From Myxococcota bacterium (lineage in GTDB: Bacteria; Myxococcota_A; Polyangia; Nannocystales; Nannocystaceae): a stretch of DNA of 64,000 bases. The notes below the pieces were generated by a model. The model made no database searches. It was not told the DNA's origin and saw only the letters and a list, made by a program, of their open reading frames with translations. The stretch spans positions 128,001 to 192,000 of the forward strand of contig JBCCHT010000011.1 of NCBI GenBank assembly GCA_039028615.1, given 5' to 3'. The translations under genes and the position numbers were made by a program. Shown piece by piece: positions 12,846 to 21,390 of the stretch. The number at the start of each line of letters is the position of its first letter. Position 1 is the first letter of the stretch.

Positions 12846-13592
12846 ATGCGGCATTCCATCGTCTCGACCATTGCCATCGTTTTCGTCGCTGTGGGTTGCG
12901 GAAATTCGACGGACGTCAACGATGGCTCCCCCTCGAGTTCGACGAGGAGCACGTCGAACCAAACCACCAACGAAAACACGGGACGCCCGACCGTCCCGGG
13001 AACGAACCAGACCTCCACTTCGACCACCAATCCCGGACCCCAAACAGACGGCAGCACGACGAGCAAAGGCACCGCCGACGGCACCGGGCCCGAGGGCACG
13101 GGCGGCACGAGGGGCACCAGCGGCACGGACAGCACGGGCTCCGATTCGACTTCGACCACCGTCGACCCCTGCGATGCGGGTGACGGCACCGAGTTCATGG
13201 TCGATAACCTGGTGTCCGTCTGGTACGTGATCAACGGCGTCCAGAACCCGGACCTGAACCTCTACCGCGGGTGCACCTATACCTTCCACATCGACACGCC
13301 CAAGCACCCCTTTCTCATCAAGTCCGTGCAGAGCGAGAGCGCGATCGACACCTACGACGAAGGGGTAACGAACAACGGTACGAAGGTCGGCACCATCACC
13401 TGGGAGGTACCGACGGACGCCCCCGACACGCTCTACTACGTCTGCCAGTTTCACCTGCGGATGAGCGGTGCCTTCAACATCTCCACCCCGGAGTGGGGCG
13501 GTAGTAGTGGAGGAGGCAGCGAAAGCAGCGGCAGCAGCGACAGCGGCAACACCACCAGCGGCGGCAGCAGCAGCACCAGCAGCGGGACTTAG
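12846..13592 (+). CDS. Ser/Thr-rich lipoprotein with cupredoxin-like copper-binding domain
   Basis: Lipobox AVGC and low-complexity linker; HPF...[12 protein letters not shown] (His, CxxH, Met type-1 copper ligands). Confidence 0.7.
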   Translation: MRHSIVSTIAIVFVAVGCGNSTDVNDGSPSSSTRSTSNQTTNENTGRPTVPGTNQTSTSTTNPGPQTDGSTTSKGTADGTGPEGTGGTRGTSGTDSTGSDSTSTTVDPCDAGDGTEFMVDNLVSVWYVINGVQNPDLNLYRGCTYTFHIDTPKHPFLIKSVQSESAIDTYDEGVTNNGTKVGTITWEVPTDAPDTLYYVCQFHLRMSGAFNISTPEWGGSSGGGSESSGSSDSGNTTSGGSSSTSSGT

Positions 13593-14869
13593 CGCAGGTC
13601 GGCGAGGGCCTGGGTGACCTGCTCGCGAATTTCCCCCGGAAACAGCGCTCGGTAGTGCACGAAGGCCTCCCGGCTGAGGCCGTGCATCACGGGCGAGGCG
13701 TCGAGCAGCCGCTGCAGCGTGCCGCGGCTCGACAGCACCATCAGCGCTTCGTCCTCGATGTAGGCCTCGATCTTCACCCGATCGACCCCGCCCGCGTACT
13801 CGGGCTCACAGCCCTGATCCCGCAGCACCTGATGCAGGCGCTCGCGCGCGAGCTCGGGATCGACGTCGGCCCGCAGCCGCAGGGTCTTGAACAGCCGCCG
13901 GTCGCGAAGGCGCCCCGCCAGGTCGCGCAGCACGTCGTCCTTGCTCTGCGCGTAGCTGCGAATGGCCGTCTGCAAGCCGGGATCGTCGAGCTCGAGGAAG
14001 GCGGTGGTCGACACCGAGTCGCCCCGCAGCAAGGCCTCGAGCGCGGGCGGAGTGCCGGGCTGCGGCCCCAGATCGTGCAGGCGGCTGAACAGCGCGCGCG
14101 AGACCGAGTCGGCCGCTCGCACCGCCTTGTGCAGATAGACCTGCCGATACATGTAGAGGCGATTGAGGAAGAACCCCTCCACCGCGGTGAGGCCCTTTTC
14201 TCCGTCGACGGCCAGGGTCGCCGCCGAGCCCCCGGGCGGCAGGTACAGCCGCAGCGCAGCCAGCAGCCAGTCGAGGTCGAGGATGCCGTAGCGCACACCC
14301 GTCATGTAGGAGTCGCGCAGCAGGTAGTCGCAGCGATCGACGTCGAAGGTCCCCGAGACCGCGCGTGCCAGGTGAGGGATGGGGCTGCGCCCGTGCACGA
14401 GCCCTTCGACCAGCGACGGCATCTGCGGATCGATGTCCGACAGCACCTGGTGCACCTCGCTGTGCGGGTCGAGCAAGATCGCCGAGGTCCACTCCTCGTG
14501 GGCCCGCGCCTCGGGCAAGACCGCCTCGAAGGTATGGCTGAACGGACCGTGCCCCACGTCGTGCAGCAGCGCCGCGGCCAGGGCCACCCGCGCCATGTCG
14601 TCATCGATCCGGTCGGAGGCGGGGATGTCCGAGGCCAGCCGCCGCACCCGGTCGAGGTACCGCTTCATGACGTGCGCCGAGCCCACCGCATGGGCGAACC
14701 GGGAATGCTCCGCCCCGGGGAAGGCGAGCGATGCGTGACCCAGGGCGCGAATCCGGCGGAGGCGCTGGACCTCACGGGTGTTCATCAGCCGCTCCACGAC
14801 GCCTTCGACCGGGCCCTCGAAGGAGATCAGGCCGTGGACGGGGTCGCGGAGGATCACGGGGCCTGTCAT
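13589..14869 (-). CDS. HD-domain phosphohydrolase (SAMHD1/YwfO-like)
   Basis: [50 protein letters not shown]. Confidence 0.92.
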   Translation of the reverse strand: MTGPVILRDPVHGLISFEGPVEGVVERLMNTREVQRLRRIRALGHASLAFPGAEHSRFAHAVGSAHVMKRYLDRVRRLASDIPASDRIDDDMARVALAAALLHDVGHGPFSHTFEAVLPEARAHEEWTSAILLDPHSEVHQVLSDIDPQMPSLVEGLVHGRSPIPHLARAVSGTFDVDRCDYLLRDSYMTGVRYGILDLDWLLAALRLYLPPGGSAATLAVDGEKGLTAVEGFFLNRLYMYRQVYLHKAVRAADSVSRALFSRLHDLGPQPGTPPALEALLRGDSVSTTAFLELDDPGLQTAIRSYAQSKDDVLRDLAGRLRDRRLFKTLRLRADVDPELARERLHQVLRDQGCEPEYAGGVDRVKIEAYIEDEALMVLSSRGTLQRLLDASPVMHGLSREAFVHYRALFPGEIREQVTQALADLR

Positions 14870-14972
14870 ACCTGGCCGCTCGGCCGCGGCCAACCGGGGC
14901 CAAACCGTGGTTCTTTTCGGTTCCCCAGACCCGTCGCAGGCCCGTGGTACGCTTGCCGCCGTTTCGGTCTCC

Positions 14973-17900
14973 ATGCACGCGTGTCCCAGCTGCGGCTCCG
15001 CGCTCGACGCGAGCCAGCCACTACCGCCGCATTGCCCCTATTGCGGAGCCTCCCTCGCCCCACCAGCCCCGTCGGATCTCGGCGCTCCCCCCAGCTTTGC
15101 CGGCACCCCCGGTGAGTCGGGCGCGGCGCCGATCTTCGTGCCGGCCGAGAGCCGCACCGATCTGCGGTCGCCGTCTTCGCTGGCTGCCCCTCGGAGGCGT
15201 CAACCACCTCCGCCCGCCCCCAAGGCCGGGGCGGTCACCGGTCCGCCGAGCATCGGGCTCGCCGACGGCAGCGATCGCCACAACGAGTTCGATCTAGGCG
15301 GAGACCCCAGCGGGATGGAACTCGCCTTCGGCGACGGTCCGGTCGCCGAACCCGAGGCGCCTCCCGGCATCTCCCTGTCCGCGGAGCCCACCGATCGCTT
15401 CTCCTCCGGGGCCTCGTTGTCGGATCCGCTCATGGATCTGCCCAGCCCCGTCGCCGAGGCTCGCGATCAGGGCATCGGTCGCCCCAAGGCTCCGCCGCTG
15501 CCGCCTCCCCCCGGGTTCAGCCCGCCCAAGCCTCCCCCTCCGCCCGCTCCGCCGGGCGCCGGGCTTCCGCCTCCCCCTCCCGCCGCGGGCTACTCCGACC
15601 CCGTCGCCGAAGAGCAGGACCACGGGCTCGGGTTCTCGGCCCCCGTCGCCGGGCAATCGGACCACGGCATCGATCTACCCAGCCCCGTCCAGAGCCCGCG
15701 CGACGATGGCATCGATCTGCCCAGTCCCGTCGCCGCCGAGGCCCGCGACCACGGCATCGACCTGCCCAGCCCCGTCCAGGGTGTCCGCGACGATGGCATC
15801 GACTTGCCCAGTCCGGTCCAGGCGGGAGCCGCGGACGACGGCAGTGCCTACTCGCTCGATCTCCCGGCGCCCATCGATACGGCCAACCGCGATCTCCCGG
15901 CCCCGGTCGATCTGTCCCTGCCGGTCACCGAGGGCGACGGGCTCGATCTGCCGATCCCCGCCGACCTCCCCGTGCCCAGCGCGGGGGGCCAAGAAGTTCA
16001 GCCCGCCGGGCAAGAGGTTCGCCCCGCCGGGCAGGAAGTGCGCCCTGCCGGGCAAGAGGTTCGCCCCGCCGGGCAAGAGGTTCGCCCCGCCGGGATGGAC
16101 GTGACGCCCAGGGGCTCCGGGGACGAGGTCGCACCGCACGACCTGCCCGGGCCCAAGACGAGCGATGCGCTCGTGCCCGACTTCGATGCCGTGGGCATGA
16201 CGCCCGACGTGCAAGCTGCGGCAGCGACCAGCGGCGTCGCGGCCCCGGCCGCACCGTCGACCGACAGCGACGCATTGCCGGACCCGGCGATGACCGCTCC
16301 GACCGCGACGCCGCGTGCCAAGCCGATCGCCGCGGCCAAGCCCGCCGTGTCGCGCGGCGTGCTGCTGCTCGGCGGAGGCTTGCTGCTGCTGGGTGCAGTG
16401 GGAGCCGCCGTCTTCTATTCGGGGCTGCTCGATCCCGAAGAGCCCGAGGTCTCCGCGGGTCGCGGCGCCGTCAAGCGTGGCGGCGGCAAGTCTGGAGACG
16501 GCAAGGGCACGCAGACCCCGGGGCCCAAGGGCGCCGCGGCCGAGCGCGACGCCACCGTACTGGCGAAGTTCTCCGTGCACACGCCGGCCTCCTATCTCGA
16601 GGCGCTCGCCGCCACGAACGAGGCGGGCGACGTGCTGGGCGCAGCCGAGGCCGCGTTCCTGCTGCACTACCACTACGGTCCCAACCCGGCCCTGGCCACG
16701 CCGGCCGCCAGCGCGTTGCAGGCCCATGCCAGCGACAAGGCGGGGTACGTCCAGCGCATCGTGGGGCTCGCCGCTCTCGCCGCGAAGAACCTCGAGGGCG
16801 CCGAAGCTTCGCTGTCCGACGACGAGCCGCGCTCTCGGCTCTACCGCGGCTGGCTGCGCCTGGCCCAGGAGCGACTCGACGACGCCAAGGCCGAAGCCGA
16901 TGCCGTCCTGGCCGCGAATGCCAACGACCAGTCGGCCAAGCACCTGTCCCTGGCGGTGGCGGCCGCGAAGGATCCCGCCGCCGCGCTGAGCGCCATCGAG
17001 GCCGCGACCAAGGCCAACCCCGAGCACGCCGGTCTGCAGGCGCTGCTCGCCCAAACCGCGGTCGCGACCGGGCAGCTCGCCGTCGCACGAACGGCCGTGG
17101 ACGCCATCGATCCCGCGGCCACCGACGACCCCGGGGTCCAGGCGTGGGCCCATGTCCAACGCGCCCGCGTGCAGCTCGCCCAGGGCGACTACGACGGTGC
17201 GCTGGTGAGCTTCGACCGGGCCCTCGAGCGCGTGCCCGACGACTCGGCCCTCGAGATCGAGCGGATCCACGTCTTGCTCGATGCCCGACGCTTCAACGAC
17301 GCCAGCAATGCCATCGCGAAGCTGGTCGCCGCGAACTCCAAAGACGCCGAGCTGTTGCTGCTGCAAGCCCGCGTGGCGGTGCAGAGCGGCGACGGTGACA
17401 TCGCCCTGGAGATCCTCGGCAAGCTCGCCGCCGCCATGCCCAAGGACGCCCGCGTGCAGATCGCCGTCGGCGACGTGCATGCCATGCGCCTGGAGATCGA
17501 CCAGGGCCAGACCGCCTTCGCGGCCGCGCGCACGCTCGACCCCACGGCCATCGCCGCCGCGACCGGCGAGGCGGTGCTGCTGGCCGACGCCAAGCAAAAG
17601 CCCAAGGCCCTGGCCGTGCTCGAAGAGGCCAAGGCCCTGGCCAGCAAGGACGGGCGCACCGACGACGTCGTGACCCTGCTGGTCGCGATCGCCAACCTCC
17701 ATCGCTCCACGGGCGACGCCGCCTCGGCGTTGCTCGCTCTCGACGAGGCGCTCACCGCCGCGCCGACCCACAACGATGCCCAGCTTTTGCGGGGCCTGCT
17801 GCGGCTCGACGAAGGTCGTACCGCCGAGGGTCGAACCGACCTCGAGGCGGTCTTCGAGCGCACGGGCGGCTATCTCGGCCTCGCCGGACCCTTGGGTCGC

Positions 17901-18758
17901 CTGTACGTCACCACGGGTAATTTCGGCGCGCTCGAGCGGCTCATCGAAGGTCGCATCCGCGGCGAGCAAACGGCAGACGACGTGCTCAATGCCGCCGTCC
18001 ACCTGCGCCTGCACCAAAATCGCATCGCCGACGCCCGGGCGCTCATCGACACCGCGCTGGCGCGTCACCCCTCGGACTGGGAAGCCCACATGCTCCTGGC
18101 CCAGGTGCTCATCGCCGAGGGTCGGGCCGCCGACGCCTTGGCGGCCATCGAGCGCGCTCGCCCGAGCCAGCCCCAGCCCACGCTCATGCTGCAGCGCGGC
18201 AAGGTCTTCGAGTTCAACGGCAAGCACCCCGAAGCCCTGCCCGAGTACCGTCGCGCGCTGACCATCCAGCCCGAGCTGCACGAGGCCCGGTTCCTCTACG
18301 GCCGCCTGCTCGCGCACAACGGTGCCAACAGCAAGGCCATCGCCGAGCTCCAGCAGGTCACCAAGGCCACCGAGGCCGCGTCCGCCCCCTGGTTCCCCGA
18401 GGTCTGGGTCGCCATGGCCCGCGCGCAGCAGGGCCTGGGCAAGTACGACGATGCCATCGCCAGCCTCAACGAGGCGACCACGCTCAATCCCAAGTTCGGC
18501 TACGCCTTCGCCGAGCAGGGCCGCTACCACGTGTTCCGCAGCAACCATGCGGCCGCGATCACGGCGCTGACCAAGGCCATCGACCTCGCCGCGCCCACCG
18601 ACCACTGGTACCCCGACGCGCTCATCAACCTGGCGCGAGCGCAGGTCAAGCAGGGCAAGAACGCGGCCGCCAAGGCCACGCTGCAGAAGTTCCTCGAGGC
18701 GGCGTCGTCGGAGCACGTCTCTCGGGCCGAGGCGCAGCGCCTGCTTCGCAGCCTCTAG
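14973..18758 (+). CDS. Zinc-ribbon / Pro-rich repeat / transmembrane / TPR protein
   Basis: N-terminal CPSC..CPYC, long Pro/Asp-rich repeats, hydrophobic TM segment (GVLLLGGGLLLLGAVGAAVF), then many Ala-rich TPR-like helices. Confidence 0.85.
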   Translation: MHACPSCGSALDASQPLPPHCPYCGASLAPPAPSDLGAPPSFAGTPGESGAAPIFVPAESRTDLRSPSSLAAPRRRQPPPPAPKAGAVTGPPSIGLADGSDRHNEFDLGGDPSGMELAFGDGPVAEPEAPPGISLSAEPTDRFSSGASLSDPLMDLPSPVAEARDQGIGRPKAPPLPPPPGFSPPKPPPPPAPPGAGLPPPPPAAGYSDPVAEEQDHGLGFSAPVAGQSDHGIDLPSPVQSPRDDGIDLPSPVAAEARDHGIDLPSPVQGVRDDGIDLPSPVQAGAADDGSAYSLDLPAPIDTANRDLPAPVDLSLPVTEGDGLDLPIPADLPVPSAGGQEVQPAGQEVRPAGQEVRPAGQEVRPAGQEVRPAGMDVTPRGSGDEVAPHDLPGPKTSDALVPDFDAVGMTPDVQAAAATSGVAAPAAPSTDSDALPDPAMTAPTATPRAKPIAAAKPAVSRGVLLLGGGLLLLGAVGAAVFYSGLLDPEEPEVSAGRGAVKRGGGKSGDGKGTQTPGPKGAAAERDATVLAKFSVHTPASYLEALAATNEAGDVLGAAEAAFLLHYHYGPNPALATPAASALQAHASDKAGYVQRIVGLAALAAKNLEGAEASLSDDEPRSRLYRGWLRLAQERLDDAKAEADAVLAANANDQSAKHLSLAVAAAKDPAAALSAIEAATKANPEHAGLQALLAQTAVATGQLAVARTAVDAIDPAATDDPGVQAWAHVQRARVQLAQGDYDGALVSFDRALERVPDDSALEIERIHVLLDARRFNDASNAIAKLVAANSKDAELLLLQARVAVQSGDGDIALEILGKLAAAMPKDARVQIAVGDVHAMRLEIDQGQTAFAAARTLDPTAIAAATGEAVLLADAKQKPKALAVLEEAKALASKDGRTDDVVTLLVAIANLHRSTGDAASALLALDEALTAAPTHNDAQLLRGLLRLDEGRTAEGRTDLEAVFERTGGYLGLAGPLGRLYVTTGNFGALERLIEGRIRGEQTADDVLNAAVHLRLHQNRIADARALIDTALARHPSDWEAHMLLAQVLIAEGRAADALAAIERARPSQPQPTLMLQRGKVFEFNGKHPEALPEYRRALTIQPELHEARFLYGRLLAHNGANSKAIAELQQVTKATEAASAPWFPEVWVAMARAQQGLGKYDDAIASLNEATTLNPKFGYAFAEQGRYHVFRSNHAAAITALTKAIDLAAPTDHWYPDALINLARAQVKQGKNAAAKATLQKFLEAASSEHVSRAEAQRLLRSL
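15660..15975 (+). repeat. Coding imperfect repeats (D[H/D]GIDLPSPV / DLP)
   Basis: ggcatcga(t/c)(c/t)t.cccag.cc.gtc recurs four times at 42-45 bp spacing, followed by degenerate DLP units. Confidence 0.8.
15990..16094 (+). repeat. Coding tandem repeat, 21 bp x5 (QEVRPAG)
   Basis: caagaggttcgccccgccggg-type units start at 15990, 16011, 16032, 16053 and 16074. Confidence 0.95.
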
Positions 18759-18976
18759 ACCCGGCCGGCCCCACCGCCGAATCGCTCGATTTCGTGCGCG
18801 CCCGCCCGGCTGCGCGCGAAATCGAGACTCGTGCGGGTCACGGATGGGCCCCCGTGCGCCAGCTCACTATGTTTTTGAGAACTGTTTCCGAGGAAGCGAC
18901 CACTCCCTCGTAAGACTCGGTTTGGGGTCCGCCTAGGACAGATCAAGGGGCCAGCGCCAAGGCTCGAGGCATCGAT

Positions 18977-19708
18977 ATGCCCGCTCGCGCACCCCCCCGA
19001 GCCGCCATGCCGAATGAACGACCCAGTCCCCATGTCGATGCCGACCTCGAGCAGCTCGCCGCGTGGCAACGACAGCGCGATCGAGACCCGACGCCCGACC
19101 CTCTCGACGACCTGGCCGTCACCGACGTCCCCGTGCTCGACCACGCCCACGTCGACGCGATGGTCGACTCGGTGGTCGGCGGGCCCCGAGCCAGCGGCGT
19201 CACCCGGCTGCTGCGGGCGGTGGCCTCTCCGCTGGGCACGGGCCTGGTCGCGGCCGCGGTCGCCGTCGCCATCGTTCAGTTCACCTCCGACGACAAACCG
19301 GCCGCCTACGGGGGGCCGCTCGCCGAAACGAACTACGAAGCTCACCTGCAGGCCAATGCGCTCGGGCCCGAGGATCGACTCGAGTTTTTCACCTACGACC
19401 GACTCGACGTCACCCTCGAGCCGAACCCGCCGCTGGACGAAGAAACCGGCGCCCTCGAGCTCCGCATCGGAGCGCAGAGCGTCGCGCTGGGCCACACCGT
19501 CTTGTCCGCCCCCCGGGCCGTCCGCCACCGCTACGGCGAGGTCCGCTTCGAAGAACGAATCTCCACCCTGTTCGACCTGCCGCCCGGCGAATGGGACATC
19601 ACCTATCTGCTCGGCCCCCCCGGTTCCTGCAGCGAGTGGCCAATGGCCCTTTCGTGCAAGCCCCGCGGCACCGACCGCGTAGTCATTAAGCCGGAACGCG
19701 ACACATAA
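18977..19708 (+). CDS. Membrane-anchored hypothetical protein, possible anti-sigma factor
   Basis: Short N-terminal domain, TM segment (LGTGLVAAAVAVAIV), beta-rich C-terminal domain; directly upstream of a sigma factor gene. Confidence 0.65.
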   Translation: MPARAPPRAAMPNERPSPHVDADLEQLAAWQRQRDRDPTPDPLDDLAVTDVPVLDHAHVDAMVDSVVGGPRASGVTRLLRAVASPLGTGLVAAAVAVAIVQFTSDDKPAAYGGPLAETNYEAHLQANALGPEDRLEFFTYDRLDVTLEPNPPLDEETGALELRIGAQSVALGHTVLSAPRAVRHRYGEVRFEERISTLFDLPPGEWDITYLLGPPGSCSEWPMALSCKPRGTDRVVIKPERDT

Positions 19709-19719
19709 CGAGTGCGATA

Positions 19720-20691
19720 ATGACCGTTCTCCACGCGATGAAGCCCCCACCGCCGTCCGTCACGCCGCGCCTCGTCGAGTCGGCGTTGGCGGGAGATCTC
19801 GAGGCACGCGAGATCTTGGGCGCCACGGTCTCCCGCGTGATTGCCCGCGTCACCCGTCCCCTGCGGTCGTCGCTCGAGCCGTCGCTGAGCAACGAGCTCC
19901 TCCTGGTGGTCTGGCGGCACCTGTGCGCGGACAACCTGCACCTCGTTCGCTTGTGGCACGAGTCGCCCGAGGACGACTTCGAACGCTACGTCGCCGGGCT
20001 CATCCACGACTACGTCCACCCGCTTCGTGTCCGCATGCCGCCCGGCCCCGGCATTCGCAGCGCCGACGTCGTCGCGCTGTCCTCGGGCTGGACCCGCGAG
20101 TCCATCGAGTTCGCCCTCGACAGCGAGACGGGTCCCAAGGACACCCTCGCCCGGCACATCTACACCACGGTTCATCGCTACGCCTATCAGATCCTCTGCC
20201 GACGCAAGCGCAGCGGAGCGAAAGACGAAGCGCAAGACATCGCACAGAGCCTGCTGTTCAAGCTCTTCGAAGCGCCGGGCCCCAAGGCCAACGCCACGCC
20301 GCAGCAGCGCGGCCGCCCCGGGTATCTGCTCCGGTGCTGGGACCCCTCGCGGGGACGAGCACTCGACAGCTACCTGTACATGGTCACGAACAACTTCATC
20401 AATCACAAAGCCCGCAAGAAGAACAGCATCGTCCTGTTCCCCGAGGCCGACGACGGCGCAGCGACGCCCGATCCCCGGAGCCTCGAGTACGAGATCGGCA
20501 GCCAGCTCGCGCTCGAGTCGGTGGTCGGCAGCCTCAGCGAGCGAGAGCGTCCGCTGCTCGAGGTCATCGGTAAACAGTGCACCCCCGAGGAGCTGGCCAA
20601 GCGACTCGGCGTCGACCGCAACACCATCTATCAACGGATACGACGGCTGAAGGAACGTCTCAAGAAGACCCGCGACGAGTTCTCGCGATAA
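19720..20691 (+). CDS. ECF-like sigma factor with duplicated sigma2-like domain
   Basis: sigma2 DEAQDIAQSLLFKLF..WDPSRGRALDSYLYMVTNN; sigma4 SLSERER..PEELAKRLGVDRNTIYQRIRRLK; an additional sigma2-like copy at the N-terminus. Confidence 0.8.
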   Translation: MTVLHAMKPPPPSVTPRLVESALAGDLEAREILGATVSRVIARVTRPLRSSLEPSLSNELLLVVWRHLCADNLHLVRLWHESPEDDFERYVAGLIHDYVHPLRVRMPPGPGIRSADVVALSSGWTRESIEFALDSETGPKDTLARHIYTTVHRYAYQILCRRKRSGAKDEAQDIAQSLLFKLFEAPGPKANATPQQRGRPGYLLRCWDPSRGRALDSYLYMVTNNFINHKARKKNSIVLFPEADDGAATPDPRSLEYEIGSQLALESVVGSLSERERPLLEVIGKQCTPEELAKRLGVDRNTIYQRIRRLKERLKKTRDEFSR

Positions 20692-20853
20692 CCATAGACA
20701 CTCGCGACAACCGAGCACGGGGGGAAGAAACGACGGCAGACCGTGCAACCGAGCAGTGCAATGTATATCCGCTCCATCCGCTCTCACGACGGCCATGGCT
20801 GGGTGCACGCGATCTTTCGCGAGGCGCCCTCGCTCCGCGCGTGCCGTGCCCGC

Positions 20854-21390
20854 ATGGCTCCCAAGGCCCGGGAACTGCTCGGTACGATCGTGGTGACCGT
20901 GCTCATGGCCTTGCTCGTCGCCATGGCCGGCTCTCCCCCGAAGCCGGCCCCCGGCCAGGCCACCATCGTGTCTCCCCTCGCCGACGACTCGCCGCCGCCG
21001 CCTCACGCGATGCGGATGCACCTGGCGGGGCTCGATGACCCCCATGGCGCGCACGAGGGCGAGATCATCACCGTCTCACCCCGCAGCTATATCGAGTTCG
21101 AGGTCGAGCACGACATCGATCCCTCGGATGCGGCCACCCTGGTGATCCTCGCCCGCAACATCTCCTCTCCCGGCCCCGCCGGAATCCACCAGGCGATCCC
21201 CCTGCCCACCGACGCCCTCGTGCTCGCCGACTATGGTTTTCGGTATCAGGGCCGCTTCGACGAGCTGTTCCCGCTGCCGCCTGGCCTGTGGCGGCTGCGC
21301 TTCCACGTGGGCCCCGCGGGTCGATGTACCGTCGATCACGTGACCGCATGCGAGGGCGTCGAGAAGATCTTGGAGGTCACCGCGTCATGA
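20854..21390 (+). CDS. Membrane/secreted hypothetical protein, paralogue of 18977-19708
   Basis: Hydrophobic N-terminus; C-terminal LFPLPPGLWRLRFHVGPAGRC matches LFDLPPGEWDITYLLGPPGSC; ATGA overlap with the next gene. Start is uncertain. Confidence 0.65.
   Translation: MAPKARELLGTIVVTVLMALLVAMAGSPPKPAPGQATIVSPLADDSPPPPHAMRMHLAGLDDPHGAHEGEIITVSPRSYIEFEVEHDIDPSDAATLVILARNISSPGPAGIHQAIPLPTDALVLADYGFRYQGRFDELFPLPPGLWRLRFHVGPAGRCTVDHVTACEGVEKILEVTAS

Noticed and set aside
12666..13454. N-terminal extension of AcnA in the ORF track
   Set aside because: AcnA homology starts at 12665; the extension overlaps a plausible plus-strand lipoprotein gene.
15990..16094. Possible CRISPR array
   Set aside because: The 21-bp units are contiguous with no spacers, in frame within a CDS, and no cas genes are present.
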